Positions 1 through 12,621 of a stretch of 41,293 bases of DNA are shown here, in pieces. The notes beneath the pieces were generated by a model that saw only the letters and a program-made list of their open reading frames with translations, made no database searches and had not been told where the DNA came from. The DNA is taken from contig ML002329.1 in NCBI GenBank assembly GCA_003614675.1, positions 1 through 41,293 on the forward strand, written 5' to 3'. This DNA comes from Dimargaris cristalligena (lineage: Eukaryota). How positions within the stretch are numbered: position 1 is the first letter of the stretch; every line of letters begins with the position of its first letter. A program made the translations under genes and the position numbers.

Positions 1-267
1 AAGTGTATCGCTGAGGAGGCTAGCAGTGCCCTGGACACCAAGTTCGAGTTCAAGCACATTTCCATGAACGAGCTCAAGCACCACCTCAAGGAGCACAGCC
101 AGCTGCATGAGGAAGAGACTGGGTGTGTGGTGGAGATTTTTGTGCACATCAACAAGGGCCACATGGACGAAGTGGCCAAGGACCTCGAGAAGATGCTGGG
201 CCACAAGCCCGCCACTATTAAACAGTTCTTTGAGCGCAATGAGGATGACTTCATGCCCCAGGACTAG
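1..267 (+). CDS. C-terminal end of an NmrA-like / atypical SDR NAD(P)-binding protein (5' part outside window)
   Basis: Frame 1 is open from base 1 (KCIAEEASSALDTKFEFKHISMNELK...). The ending GHMDEVAKDLEKMLGHKPATIKQFFERNEDDF resembles the NmrA-type 'D(V/L)EKLxG(R/H)xPxxxxxFF' tail. Codons are strongly C/G-ending. Confidence 0.65.
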   Translation, partial: KCIAEEASSALDTKFEFKHISMNELKHHLKEHSQLHEEETGCVVEIFVHINKGHMDEVAKDLEKMLGHKPATIKQFFERNEDDFMPQD

Positions 268-869
268 TTCTCCGCTATGCTTTAACTAGTCCCGGTCTGC
301 TTAAAGCCCCTCTTTAAAACGTGGACAAGTATTCCTTAAAGGAACACCCCTACAATATGTATTGCTTCATTACATTTGCCGTTGACTTCCAATTTCACGA
401 TTTGACCGTCCTAGTTTTGCAGTCACCTGTCACTCACTTGGAATTTTCAACACCTCAGTAATAAATAGCCAGATTTGTAGGAGGACAATCACCCACCCGC
501 TACTCCAGTGAGGCAGGTTAATGCCGGAATTGGTTGAATATGCGTACTACTAGTCAGTTTGCTATTTGACCTAGGAACGACATAATAGTAATCACACTAC
601 AACGGGCATTAAAATGGCGTGTTCCTCCCACCCAGGGATATACTCCTACTTAAATAGCCAATTGCTGGAAATGCTAAAGGATTACTGATAGAATTGTATA
701 TAGGGCAAAAAAAAATAGCTGGAGGGCGGTAGGTGCCTCTTGATTGTTGGCTTTATTGGATAGTATAGTCCACAGGGGACATTTTAAATGGTTAAAACGA
801 AAGGACATAGAATAGCTATTTTAACCAGCATAATTGGCCAGAAACAGGATAGAATAATAGACCCGTCGG

Positions 870-1110
870 GACATTATTTCAACACATGGCTGGTGTGTAC
901 ATGGCATCCCCATACGTGGCTGGTATTTCTGCGTTAGCCTTGGAAAATGGAAAATCCGACGTCCATAAATATACGGCCTCGGCCATCGCCAACACAGTCC
1001 GCCCCCAAATCCACCCAAGCGACCGTTACTACTACTCGATAGTGCGACAAGGTACCGTGATTGTTGATGAGCATGTAGCTGTCACCGCCCAGGTTCTCCT
1101 TAATGTATCC
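870..1110 (+). pseudogene. Fragment of a subtilisin-like (S8) serine protease gene
   Basis: AGVYMASPYVAGISALALE matches the catalytic segment SGTSMASP(H/Y)VAG, but GTSM has become GVYM, so the nucleophile Ser is lost. YSIVRQGTVIVDEHVAV resembles the downstream 'QGAGLVD' motif. A DIIST segment at 870 lies in another frame. No Asp/His catalytic regions or signal peptide are seen nearby. Confidence 0.65.
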
Positions 1111-2194
1111 TTAGTGAGCGGTCGCCGTTCGGATAGTAACTGGCGGGATGGTGATATTTTCATAAATTACTTGAACGATATTGCCTATATGGCAATTTAT
1201 TAGTCTAACGTCGATATATGATGAGAGGGGGGTAGTAAACTGGTCACTATGATCTGGGTAAACGAGAAAACCCAAATAAAAAGGGGAAAAGAAGAAAAGC
1301 GAAAACATAAGGAGAAATGGGTGGCCTGTAAGACCAACCGGCGCTATGTTGAACCATCGCCGTTAGTCAATAAAGGCGGAGTCTCCTCAAAGAAGGGGAC
1401 TCAGTCTCATCACAATAGTAGCTTGACTCTATTGACCCTGTCTTAATTTTCGGACTATTGGGCGGCCGCTTTAGCTACAAACGTAGTCAGTGAAATGCGT
1501 CGGGTGAAACGTTTGGTCTTACAAGATTATTCGATGTATTACATTCTCTGTAGGCATATAGGTAGGTGGCTGCGCCAGAGGTAGTACATAGGAGGGCAGC
1601 GACCCTTTCGAAGAGAAGGAAAAGGGAAAACCACACTCGTGCTACCTTTTCTCTATACTTCGTGCGCAATAGCGGGCCCTAAATCACCTTTGCCTGCTCA
1701 ATACTGGTCCGCGGTTACAGGCCTACCCTCATCATATATCGGGACAGACCCTAAGTTTAAAGGGGAGAGAGAGGGTGGTGGTACGAAAAGGGTGTTTGAA
1801 TTGCAAATCCATTCGAGGTTCCATTCGAAGGTCTGCTACGACTCATGCCCTTGCAATTCTCGGGTATCGTTGGTGGGTGGTGTGGAAGATAAACAGAACC
1901 CCTTCATGCGTGAGGTTGGCGCAAATGCCAGGCATACTGGGCTCTTTATCCGTCGGATGCACAGCTATGCGATTATAAAGATAATGCCCAAATATGATTC
2001 CATTTGTACCATACTAGTGTAACAATATATTATTGAATTAGGGTTTAGCATTCTCGAGATATATTAATGGGGATGGGCAGGTATATTCGTAGGTAGTGTG
2101 AGGCTACTGACCCCAGTGGTGAAGAGCGATACCGGCTGCCTCTCAACGAGGAACTAAATCTACGCAGTACTGAATAGACCGGCCATTCTCTACC

Positions 2195-2204
2195 TATATA
2201 AAAG
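2195..2204 (+). promoter_or_regulatory. Putative TATA box of the secreted-protein gene at 2332
   Basis: TATATAAAAG about 130 nt upstream of the ATG. Confidence 0.4.
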
Positions 2205-2331
2205 CGGGGTATTAGCCACCTTTCACTTTAACCCTAATCCCCACTATCTCAGGATTTCACACTATAGTCTACTACCCTCACTCTCCCACTTTTTAAGCAT
2301 AGTCTACCCTGTCCAAGATAGCTACCGAGCC

Positions 2332-3619
2332 ATGTTTAAGTTGACCTACCTACTTCTCACGCTACCGGCCATTGGCCTGCTAACTTCTACGGTTTTGGGA
2401 TCCCCTGTTCCCAGTCAAGGTTATCAGTCCGACGGGCTCGGCACTTTCAACTACTTTCTTTTGGTTGGTGATACCGGTGCTGAAATTGGACGCCGATGCG
2501 AGGAGGCCGGGATTGAAATTCCCTACACTTTCGGTGATCGTGATGCCCCTTCCACCAAACTTGCCCACCGTCAGCTCGAGGCCATGATTCAAGCTCAACA
2601 ACAGAACCAAAAAGCCCTTCCCAATCAAACTGAGGATGTATTGGATGAAATTCGAGGAGCCAGTATTATCACTGGAGATGTAAGTTAAGCCCCATAATTG
2701 CTGGGTCCCCGATATGAATAGTTACGTTGTTGCTGAATATACACTAGTATTGGAATGGCATTATCGACCCACTCTAACATCTGGGACTTGAATGTATGGA
2801 CATTTGACTTTGTCTCTCTTTATAATATAGATTCAAACTCGCTTCTGGAACTATGTTCGCCAGCCCGAGCTCACATCCGTCGCTCGCCAGGCCATTAAGG
2901 AGTTTGCCGGATCGTTCACCCATTCCCAAACCGAGCAATTGCTCAACGAATTTCTTCTCGGAAGCGTCATGTCGGTCCAAGTCAAAAAGACTGACACTGG
3001 AGTCTTGGCAGATTCTTCCCTTCAGCACAACGTTTTTCCCGGGCTCTTCCGATTGGGTAATTCCGAGTTGGCTATGAGCCTATTGGCCCCAGCCCAAACC
3101 ATGGTTCAGCTAATATTAGGAAGTAGCAGTGACACAGACGATTCCTATCCCTTTGAACAGGCTCTCTGGGTGTTCTATGCTTGGCAAACCCAGCTAAATT
3201 GGTCCATCAAGGTTCTGGCCATTAAGGGGGACATGGATTCCTTGACGAAACTGTGGAATATGGAATGGTCCCAGTTCTTGAAGCCCAACGATATTTTCAC
3301 CTCGGCCATGTGGGCATTTTGGTTCAACCAACCCATGGCCACCAAATTTCTGATGGAGAAGGTGAAAAACCCGCACCAGTTAGTGCCTAGCCTACGTAAA
3401 CTCCATGCCCACCTTCTTAAATGGAGCAACGCCACGAATGCGGACACCAGGGAGAAACGGCGCACCGTTATTTTGGCCAAATCGGCGTCAAGTTTTAACT
3501 CGGGGCTGTTCTTTGACGAATTCGCCCTGCCTGGTCTCATGGACAGCCCTATTGAGGAGAGCCGGGAAGCTATTCTGGACGCGATGGAAAATCAACTGAC
3601 TTTCAGCTTCACCTACTAA
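2332..3619 (+). CDS. Secreted hypothetical protein, 2 exons, ~378 aa
   Basis: join(2332..2679,2831..3619). GTAAGT donor at 2680 and TAG acceptor ending 2830 keep the frame (…IITGD|IQTRFWNYV…). Hydrophobic signal peptide MFKLTYLLLTLPAIGLLTSTVLG-SP. No recognisable domain. Confidence 0.8.
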
Positions 3620-3827
3620 CAGTAGATCAAGGCGGGTATAGAATAAGCGGTTAAGTGCAGTAGGGATGCATCCCTACTGGAATGGGAGCTACGGAGCTAT
3701 TATTTCTTTCATCTTAGTCATTTCCCCAACCCATCAAACCTTTGGATAATCATATATATAATTGAAAAAAAACAGCATGGCTACCAATGTGGTTAATCAT
3801 ATAATTTAGTTACCTACGAGTATTCCC

Positions 3828-4377
3828 TGTTGGCCCACCTAATCCTTCCTAATATGGGAATACTGATTGTCCCATCCTATCTTGCCTTATTGTGCCATAT
3901 TATCCCCCTTTACTATATAACCTACTATGTTTAGGTCCCTATGCTTCTCACATAATACTCCACTGGCTGATCTAACATTCCTCCTTTCCCAGTAGAGTCT
4001 TCTGAAAGCAAGCCCACCTGGTTAAGACTCCAACTCTCACCTCTTCTTTAGTCATCCCATTATCTTAGGGACCTCTCATTCTAAGTGGTCCCAATGTATA
4101 AATAACCAGGCCCCTCTGGGACCAGATCAGTCCTTAGCTTATTCTTATCCCCCTCAGTTTACTCAATAAACTCTATATATGCTCACCCCCCTTGTACTAA
4201 TTAGTAAGTATACCTACTACATGTCCCTGACATTTACTTGCTTCTGTCCTTTATTGGTTAGTACTACACCCACATCCTAGTACTAGTAGCCCGCTTGGCT
4301 AAGACTAAGCCCTGCCTACCACTAGAAGCCTATCCTCAGGACTCTTGATGGACTAAGAGTGGTTAACTTAGGCAACA
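3828..4377 (+). mobile_element. Solo LTR, family A (550 bp)
   Basis: Termini TGTTGGCCC...GGCAACA, flanked by TTCCC / TTCCT (5-bp TSD with one C>T). Internal TATA-like and AATAAA signals. Clearly similar to 38751-39331. Confidence 0.85.
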
Positions 4378-4818
4378 TTCCTATTAAAATGCAGGTTTGA
4401 TTAAATCAACCTGACTTGATGATTATCATATTACATCTACAATGGCCATCATTTATGCCCACCAGTGAAATGTGAAGGAATTGAAGGTATTCGAGCCAGA
4501 TTTTGTATGACAGTTTACGATTGCTACTGTCACCATGACCAATGCACTGAGTGCTAAACCTGAGTATGCTGGATATTAACCTACTAAACAAGGGACGTGT
4601 GTTAACCTGAATTTTGTTGGGTGCAAGATTGGGAGAGTATCTATATATAAATAGTTGCCAAAGGACTAGACACTGAATAGAGGTGAACATATCAATAGTT
4701 TGTGACCTACCACCCTACTATAAGTCATTTATTCGGAAAGAAATATCTATGCGGGCCTTATCCAGTGGAAAGCCATAATCCAAGGAGAAGCCTCCTGGCT
4801 TCACTTGGGGTGATGCAG

Positions 4819-6302
4819 CTATAGGGGTAGTTGGGACTCTAATAACAACTTCTGGGTAAGTGCATTAGGTAGAAAGGCCGATCCATCTGCTTGAAATAGC
4901 GTATTAATCACTGAGTGCCGTACCCGAAATGCCAACTGAGGGAGCCCATGATGCACTCGGCCTGCATAGACCATCCGCTGGGCATCAAATGTACCGTGGC
5001 ACAAATGCGGATCTGTTACTAGAGGCTCCCCCAGACCACCGAGAAACATCGTGTAAGCGCATTCGAATCCTAGTTGCCGGGCGCATAATATTGGAACTCC
5101 ATCATCATCAGAACTGAAAAATTCAAATGCGAGATAGGACCATTGATCTAAATCATACTCCAATACCACCATGTAAAAGAAATTCTGCATCGAAGTGGAC
5201 CAATAATCCTCGCCTTGCTTCTGCAATATTGTGATAAAGCGGTCTAATTCTGGGATACAATTGTTGGCCCCCAATGCGGTGATGATTTCGGCGACTAGCT
5301 GGGTCTTAACAGCAGCGCCGAGTATTCGTTGGGGACGAATCCATTGGCGGCTGACTATATCCAAAAGGGTATTAGTGATTGCGAATGGGACCTGGTCCAC
5401 GATCAATTCATCGTCGGCATCCACGTAGCCTTTGGTCATACGGAAAAGAAGCTGTGTTACTAGTTCCACCTGACCCTGGAGGGCCATAAACACTAGCGGA
5501 AAGGCCAAATACTGCTGATGGGCGGGGAGTTGGTTGTAGCAAAGGTAGCCCCAGTCGTCTTTGACCTCGGCCAGTACAGTTAGTAAATCGGGGGAGGCAG
5601 TTAGTAACTGATCCCCCCGTGTGGTAGCATCTGAAGTTAGCCTGTTACTTTGCAAACGTCTCCCCTCCCAACCGATCCCCATTTGCTTGAGGTGTTGGTA
5701 AACTTCGTACATTAGGGCGGTATTATATTCCTGTGCCAATAACGTTTGAACGGCCAATATTAGAGTGGAACTATCCCAGGAAAATGTCATGGCTTGATCA
5801 ATTTTGGCCCAATCCGACTGGCGCTGTTAGTTTGCCGGCGCGAGTAAATTTTACCATGTATAAATAAATATTATTTATATTCGTTAGAAATGTGCACTTA
5901 TTTGACGTAATTGGAGCTATATGGAAACTTGGGTTAGCACTGTTATCCGATGCTACCCCATTAGGTATAGCTCCTATGTTAATTTATTATAAACAATGTT
6001 ACAGTTATACTTACTTTCAATATAGGTTTGAGTTTTGGGGTCGCGGCGGCATAGGACCAGCCCATGCGGTGGGATAGACCATAGTGGAATACGTCGCTGA
6101 CAGACAGGCGGTTAAGCACTTCATTAATGATTTCGGGGGGTAGGTCTTGAATCGAACGAGTCTCAAGTTGTGTATATAGTGTTTCTATAGTCGGCTGGGG
6201 GGTTGTGGTTGGGCTGGGGGAAGAGGTTTGTAGTGAAGAAGCGACGGAGTGGGCAGTCAGCCATAGACACAGTGACAACAGAGTGTGGTTGTTAACTAAC
6301 AT
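4819..6302 (-). CDS. Secreted protein with N-terminal F-box-like motif, 2 exons, ~430 aa
   Basis: complement(join(4819..5823 or 5817,6015..6302)). Phase-0 GTAAGT donor after ...PILK; two in-frame CAG acceptors are possible. Signal peptide MLVNNHTLLSLCLWLTAHSVAS, then a Ser/Thr/Pro linker, then SIQDLPPEIINEVLNRLSVSDVFHYGLSHRMGW (F-box-like). Confidence 0.75.
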
Positions 6303-7226
6303 TTTCCAATAACCAATGTTTAAAACTCAAGTACTGAAGCACTGGTAATTAAATAGATGGATGAAAAAGACAATGTAAGTGGTTGTAAAAGATTGGACTG
6401 ATTAAAGCAAAATGGCCAACAATGATACCTGGATATACAGGGGGGTAGTTCTGCCTCGTTTTATAAAGTAACTATAATCCACTAGTTTGCCTATGTGCCA
6501 AGAAAACTGGAATATCCAATAATAAAGAGCTTTCTAGGGCAATAACAGTGGAATAATCATATTATTTTGATCAATGGGCATCGGTTGAGTATCACAAAGC
6601 TAGCAGGTGTTACGATACTGACTATATAACCACAGTGGTTGACATGGCCAAGGCAGAAGAATGGCTTGTCCCCTCCTCGCTCGTCATACTGTAGGTAATA
6701 TGGACGGGAAATCCCATCCATACAGATCGCTTTTGGGATCTGGGCCCAATAGCTTGGCCATTAACCCTGAAAAATAAACAGCGGGCCATATAAGTTGGTT
6801 TGGGTTGTCGTCAAGCTTATGCCCTTAAAATTAAATCATTTGGGCGCCCCCATTCTAGGCGGATTGTAAATTTATTACTTAAAAGTAGGCCAACTAATAC
6901 CAACCAAGCCCATCCCACTTTAGCATCCTTATGGGTGAATAGCAGCCATGTTTCTACTAAAGCCTGCTCTATTTGGGATATATTTTGGGACAATTAAGAA
7001 AATGAGACCAAACTACCGATTTAGTATCCAGCTTTTTCCTAGCCGAGGCCTATTGACGACAAATATTCAGCGTGGTTGGGATGCCCTTGCCTTTTGTTAC
7101 ATTATCCGGCCATTTCCAATCCGAACCACCCTTAGTCGTATCTCGATAAGTCGCTGTCATTTATTCTTTGCTGCTACCCACTATTACCCATTTCTACGGC
7201 TACCTCCATCCGAACTCCTCTCCGAC

Positions 7227-8906
7227 ATGTCAGTCTCTCCCCCCTGGACCGAGGCCAAATTGGCCACCGACGAAGTATCCAAAAAGGCTCTCCTCACCTT
7301 TCTTCATGAGAATGCCAACAACGAGGTAAGTCATAGTTTCCTCCCTTTCTAATGGTGGACTGCGTGTGCAACAGTAGCCTATTCTCTACCCTACCTTGAT
7401 TGCACCGACTGCCTTTTCAGGGTGGCTTCGGGTTTTATCCCGAATATCCCCGATGACTGGGTATAAATTCGACACTCTATTCATACTTGATTTGTATTCT
7501 TACGCCCTGTCCTTGTAATTTTGTCCCAATCACCAATAGTTTCTTTTAGCCCACCGGTTAAAGGGTAAGATCGTGAATTTGGCCAAGACTTTCAAGAAAG
7601 AGCCGCTCGTGGAGTTTTACAACGAACTCTTCGCCACCCAGAGCTTCCGGTAGGTGTTACAATGTAATGACGATCTTACTTGGGAATGTTTCATTTTGGT
7701 GATCTGTATATTATAGCAATTACTTCAGCCATTCTACTACTCCGTAGAGCGGATATGTACTCCCGATCCGATATCCCTTCACGCATATACATATTCATGG
7801 TTAATCATTACTAGGTAGAACGCCACCTTATTCACCCAATGCATAACGCACCCTATCTATACCACCGTGATGAAGTCAACCTGATGAGGTCCCCATCAAT
7901 GAATATACCCCTGGAAATACGGATCAGGAGGGCACTACAACTGCTGAGACCTCTGTTTCTGACGCGCCCGAGGGCCCGCCTAAGTACAAGAAAGTGGTGA
8001 TCAAAAAGGGCAACAAAACCTCCATCCCCAAGAAGGGTGACACTGTGTCGTGTTGGTAAGTGTAACGAATAATGCTGGGATTCATTTATGGACATGTATA
8101 CTATATAACCCCCGATTCACCCTATCGGGATTGGATGTGACCACATCACCTTTCGAAGTCGATCTAATACGATGGTATATACTTCTAATATTTATTTATA
8201 ATTCGTCGGGGCATAATAGGTACACCGGAAAACTGGAGAACGGCAAACAATTTGACAGTAATATTCCCAAGGGCCGCAAGAAGGGAGTTGCCCTTAAATT
8301 CAAAGGCAAGTCATACAATGATACACACCAAGTTATGGTAGATCATGATGGTGTATTGCATGGATCAAGGATGGGTGATTTCGTATCCACCGACTCCTAG
8401 TTGACTCTAACACATACACCCCATCATCAGTTAAATATTACCATCTAACTCATGGCAACCTCCCTTGGCGACCTTGAATCTATATATTTATATATATTAC
8501 TTAGCCGGTGTTGGTAAAGTTATTCGTGGATGGGACGAGGCACTCCTAACCATGTCCGTGGGTGAAAAGGCCGAACTCACCATCGAACCGGAATGGGCCT
8601 ACGGCAAAAAAGGCATGCCCGAAGCAGGGTAAGTACCACTACTATTGTATATCGTTTGGGGGGATACCTCTCTCTGGGATGACGTTACCCTCTTGAATTC
8701 CGCATTGCCGATACTGAAGGGGCCGTGTCTATAAGTTTCACATCCTCCTATCGGGCACTACGCACCTCTAGGCTATCTACTAATCTATATGATGAATATG
8801 TTTCCCCCACTAAATGCAATTCACATTACACCCAATAATTAAATTATATAGGATCCCACCGAATTCCAAGCTTATCTTCGAAGTGGAGCTCGCGTCTATC
8901 GAGTAA
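7227..8906 (+). CDS. FKBP3: FKBP-type peptidyl-prolyl isomerase, FKBP25/FKBP3-like (N-terminal basic helical domain + FKBP domain), 6 exons, ~217 aa
   Basis: join(7227..7325,7540..7649,7876..8055,8220..8305,8505..8628,8852..8906). Motifs SKKALLTFLHENA, FLLAHRLKGKIVNLAKT, PKKGDTVSCWYTGKLENGKQFDSN, GVGKVIRGWDEALLTMSVGEKAELTIEPEWAYG, IPPNSKLIFEVEL. Intron 4 has a GC donor; the exon 3 acceptor is the least certain. Confidence 0.92.
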
Positions 8907-9156
8907 AATCTACATTCAACGTTACAGGCCCGTTTAATCGTTATTACACCTTCTATTATGCGAATTGACAACCCCGAAAGCTTCAACTGGCTTTGTTATT
9001 TCATTTTTTACGAGGCTCCTATGTGCCCCTAGGGGTATTTATGGTGAGTCTCGCCCGTCCCCAATAGTGTAGTAGACCTTTATAAAGCACCGTGCTATTG
9101 TGCCTTTAAAGTGCCCGCTTTTACCCCTGCTTCCCTTTTATTATTTGAATAAAAAT

Positions 9157-9695
9157 TGCTGCCCGGGTTAATCACTCTTTGTCAATAGTACTCGGAGTGG
9201 GTTTCTAGTACTAACGGAAGGGGAGCAGGGGTCTGAGCGCACACAGTTAGTAAATAGAGGTAAGCGTACAAAAACAAGGGATCATACAGGTATACACACT
9301 TACTGGGGAGTGGGTATGAGTAGATGTAGCTTATTGGGTGAATAGGGTGGAAATATAAACTAATGAACTAACAGGTCCCGGCCGCAACCCCTTTTATATA
9401 CGCAGGGACGACTCCAGAGAGAGGGTTCCAAGGGAGCTACTTATAATAACCTCGGATAGATAAACGGGCCGGCTGGGGCTGCTGGTATCCGGAAGACTCT
9501 AATGATGATCAGAAGAGTCTTTAGATCAGCACCGGAGTGTGTGGTGGCAACTGGTACCAGCGGTCAGGGGGAAATGACGAACAGTAACCCCATGGTACCG
9601 GGTGTTACTATAGGAAAAGCAATATGGCAAGATAAGACCTAATAAGATATGTCAGTCTTACCAGGCCAGATTAAGGCTAGTTGGTGGGCGTGCCA
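9157..9695 (-). mobile_element. Diverged solo LTR, family A related
   Basis: Co-linear with 35100-35684 on the + strand: GCCCGGGTTAATCACTCTT vs GCCCAGGTTAACCACTCTT, ACTCCAGAG, AGAAGAGTCTTTAGATCAGCAC, GATTAAGG. TG...CA ends; no TSD found. Confidence 0.7.
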
Positions 9696-10769
9696 TATTT
9701 TATCAGCTTCCTTGGAATATTCTACTATTTTATCGAAAAGTATTGATAAATCTAGCCATTCGATTATTCTATCTGAGAATTACTATTCACAGTTCAATAT
9801 CTGATTGTTCCATCAAGCGAGGCGACTGTTGCCTCATTTACCACTCATCAATGCCAACGGTAGCATCTCATTCAACAGTTCCATCCGATGTCACCTCACC
9901 AAGCACAGTTAGCGATGTCACAATTCCGAGTATCCGGCGTTTTCTATTCACTATTTATTTCTTCTTCTATATAAACCTCACTGTCCCGGCAAACCTAGAA
10001 ACCGCAATTGCCAGTCGTAGGTGAAGTCCAAAGTAACCCGCTGTTCGCTTCGACCCGGTCGTTTATTATTGATTATTTCACATATATTGGGTCTATAGTA
10101 TCGACTATTGCGCCCATTTCATCAAATTGTTTTTTCTCATAAAAAACAACGTAAAATCCATACCGTTCTGTCCCTTAAGCCCCTCGTTGGATCTGAGGTG
10201 CGCTCGAATTCACCGTCGAGAACCCCCGGCTTCCCAACCCAATGGCGTAATGGCCGACCCTACCGGACCACTGGGCCTCGGTACGACAGAATTAGATGAA
10301 CGTAGTTGGTTTAAACTTTCAAGAACTATACTAAGCACATTTAAACATGAGGACATTTCAAGTACATAGAAAATTACTCCTTTTGTATCCTTTGTAGCTC
10401 TGCCGTCTGGCCAAAATGACTATTGTTCGCTGCTTGCTCAGTGGAAATCTTTTTGGCAAGGGAGTTGAGTGGTGAATTTTCATTGGCCGGGATAAGGGAT
10501 CATCCAAACTTGGAGCTGTCTGTCTCCTCTGAGGGCTACACTAGCAACATACCAATAATATACTTATTCCCTTTAGTCCTCATTGCCACGATTCTACCAA
10601 TACTGACATAACCGTCCTCTCCTATTGCTGCATCTGACTTGAGTAGGCCAACGAACTCTTAGGAAACATACCCCAAATAGCCGGGTCGAACCTCTCTCAT
10701 ATATAGTCTATCGCTACTTTACATTTCACCCCAGTCGGTTTTTTTCATACTTTCGATTAACACTAAAAG

Positions 10770-12621
10770 ATGACCGGCGCGGCAAACCCCACCTCCCCCT
10801 CTCCGGCCCAGGCGAAGGATTCGAAGCAGGATCCCATCGTGGCTGAGGAAGACGATTTGGAAAATCCCCGGGACCCCACCTACTTTCAGTACTACGGCCA
10901 GCTTCAGCATCAGGTAGGTCCTACATTTTCCATGTGGACACAGTTGGCGAAATGGAGGCTCATCCCTGGGTGGATTGCCGGACACTGGGCCCAATCGGAA
11001 GATTGAAGTCCAGGTGGGCTTGGGCTGTGCGGGGGAAAGGGCGTACTCGGTTGCTCGTCCCGAAGTTTGGACAGTCGTGCTCTTGTTATGTCAAACCCCA
11101 GCGCCAACGTTTGAATACGTTCGTTTACGATCATTATGGATTAATATGCCACCCCTAGGAAATATTTGCTAATCTATATAACCCTATGCGGCCCCCCTTA
11201 ATGGCCGTCCCATCTGCCGAACCCTCCGATATTACTCTTTTTGGATATAAAAATAAATCCAGCAAAATATGCTACAGGACTACGTACGTACCGCTACCTA
11301 CCAGGAGGCCATCTTGCAGAACAGCGCCGCCGTATTCCGTGAACAGAAAGTCCTTGATGTAGGTGCCGGATCGGGTATTCTCTCGTATTTTGCCGTCCAG
11401 GCGGGAGCCGCTAAAGTATACGCTGTCGAAGCATCGGACATGGCCCAAAACATCCGTACCATACTCGAGGCGGCCGACCCCCGTCGCAACGCCCAACCCC
11501 GCAACCCCTGGCTGCACAACAAAGTGGAGGTGATTAACGCCAAAATGGAAGACTCCCGCATTCGCATTCCGCAGGTGGACGTGATCATTTCTGAGCCCAT
11601 TGGGGTGCTGCTGGTGCACGAACGGATGCTGGAATCCTTTGTTCTAGCGCGCGACCGGTACCTCAAACCCGGTGGGGTGATTTTACCGTCGCACGGGACG
11701 ATCCATTTGGCGCCCTTCACGGACAGTGTCCTGTGGACCGAAACCATGGCCAAGGTGCGGTTCTGGGAACAGCCGAGTTTTTACGGGGTTGATCTGAACC
11801 CACTGTTCGGGACCGCTCTGGACGAATACTTCCGCATGCCCGTGGTGGGTTACTTTGACCCCCGCTCGCTCTTGGCGAGCCCCGCCCCGCACGGCTATAC
11901 CGTCGATTTTTCCACGGTCACGGTCGACGAACTGAAGGACTTTACCGTTCCGTTCGCCTGGACCTGCCGGTATACCGGAATCGTGCACGGGGTGGCCGGG
12001 TGGTTCGACCTCAATTTCCAGCCCTTTGCGGCCACTAACCCCCGGGCCTCCCAGTCCACCACCGTCATGATGTCAACTAGTCCCGATGCCGCCCGGACCC
12101 ACTGGCAGCAGGTTCGTTTTGTGCTGAAGGAACCGTTGGCGGTCAACGCACAGCAAGTACTGGTGGGCCGCATGCACTGCCGGGTCAACGACAAGCGGAG
12201 TTACGACATCTCCATTACGTTCAGTCTCTGTCCGCCGGGCACGGACGCCCAGGACCCCATACCCGCCGGGTGTATCTCCCGGGCAGGCCTGTGGTATCTG
12301 CATGAACAAACTTACAACTACAGTTACAATCCCCCCACGACCGATACGGCGATTGCCGCTGCTGCCGCTGCTTCTGCGACCCCGGGCGTACTAGGCAATG
12401 CCTTTGTCGCTTCGGTGAACGCCACGGCCGGTGGTATGGGCGAGGATCTGCTTCCTACCGCGGACTTTTACCCCGAGTTTAACAACCTTTATGCCCCCAA
12501 TATGACGACGGTGGCCAATGCTAAATCGCTGATCCCACCGACGGCCGTTACCATCGATCTACAGACCCCCGTGGTGACAAGTCCTACCGGCACTGATGCC
12601 ATGGCTGAGGATACGGTTTAA
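10770..12621 (+). CDS. CARM1: Type I protein arginine methyltransferase, CARM1/PRMT4-like, 2 exons, ~500 aa
   Basis: join(10770..10913,11263..12621). CARM1-type signatures YFQYYGQLQHQQNMLQDYVRTATYQ, VLDVGAGSGILS, DVIISEPIGVLLVHERMLESF, and the THW loop (RTHWQQVRFVL). Confidence 0.92.
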
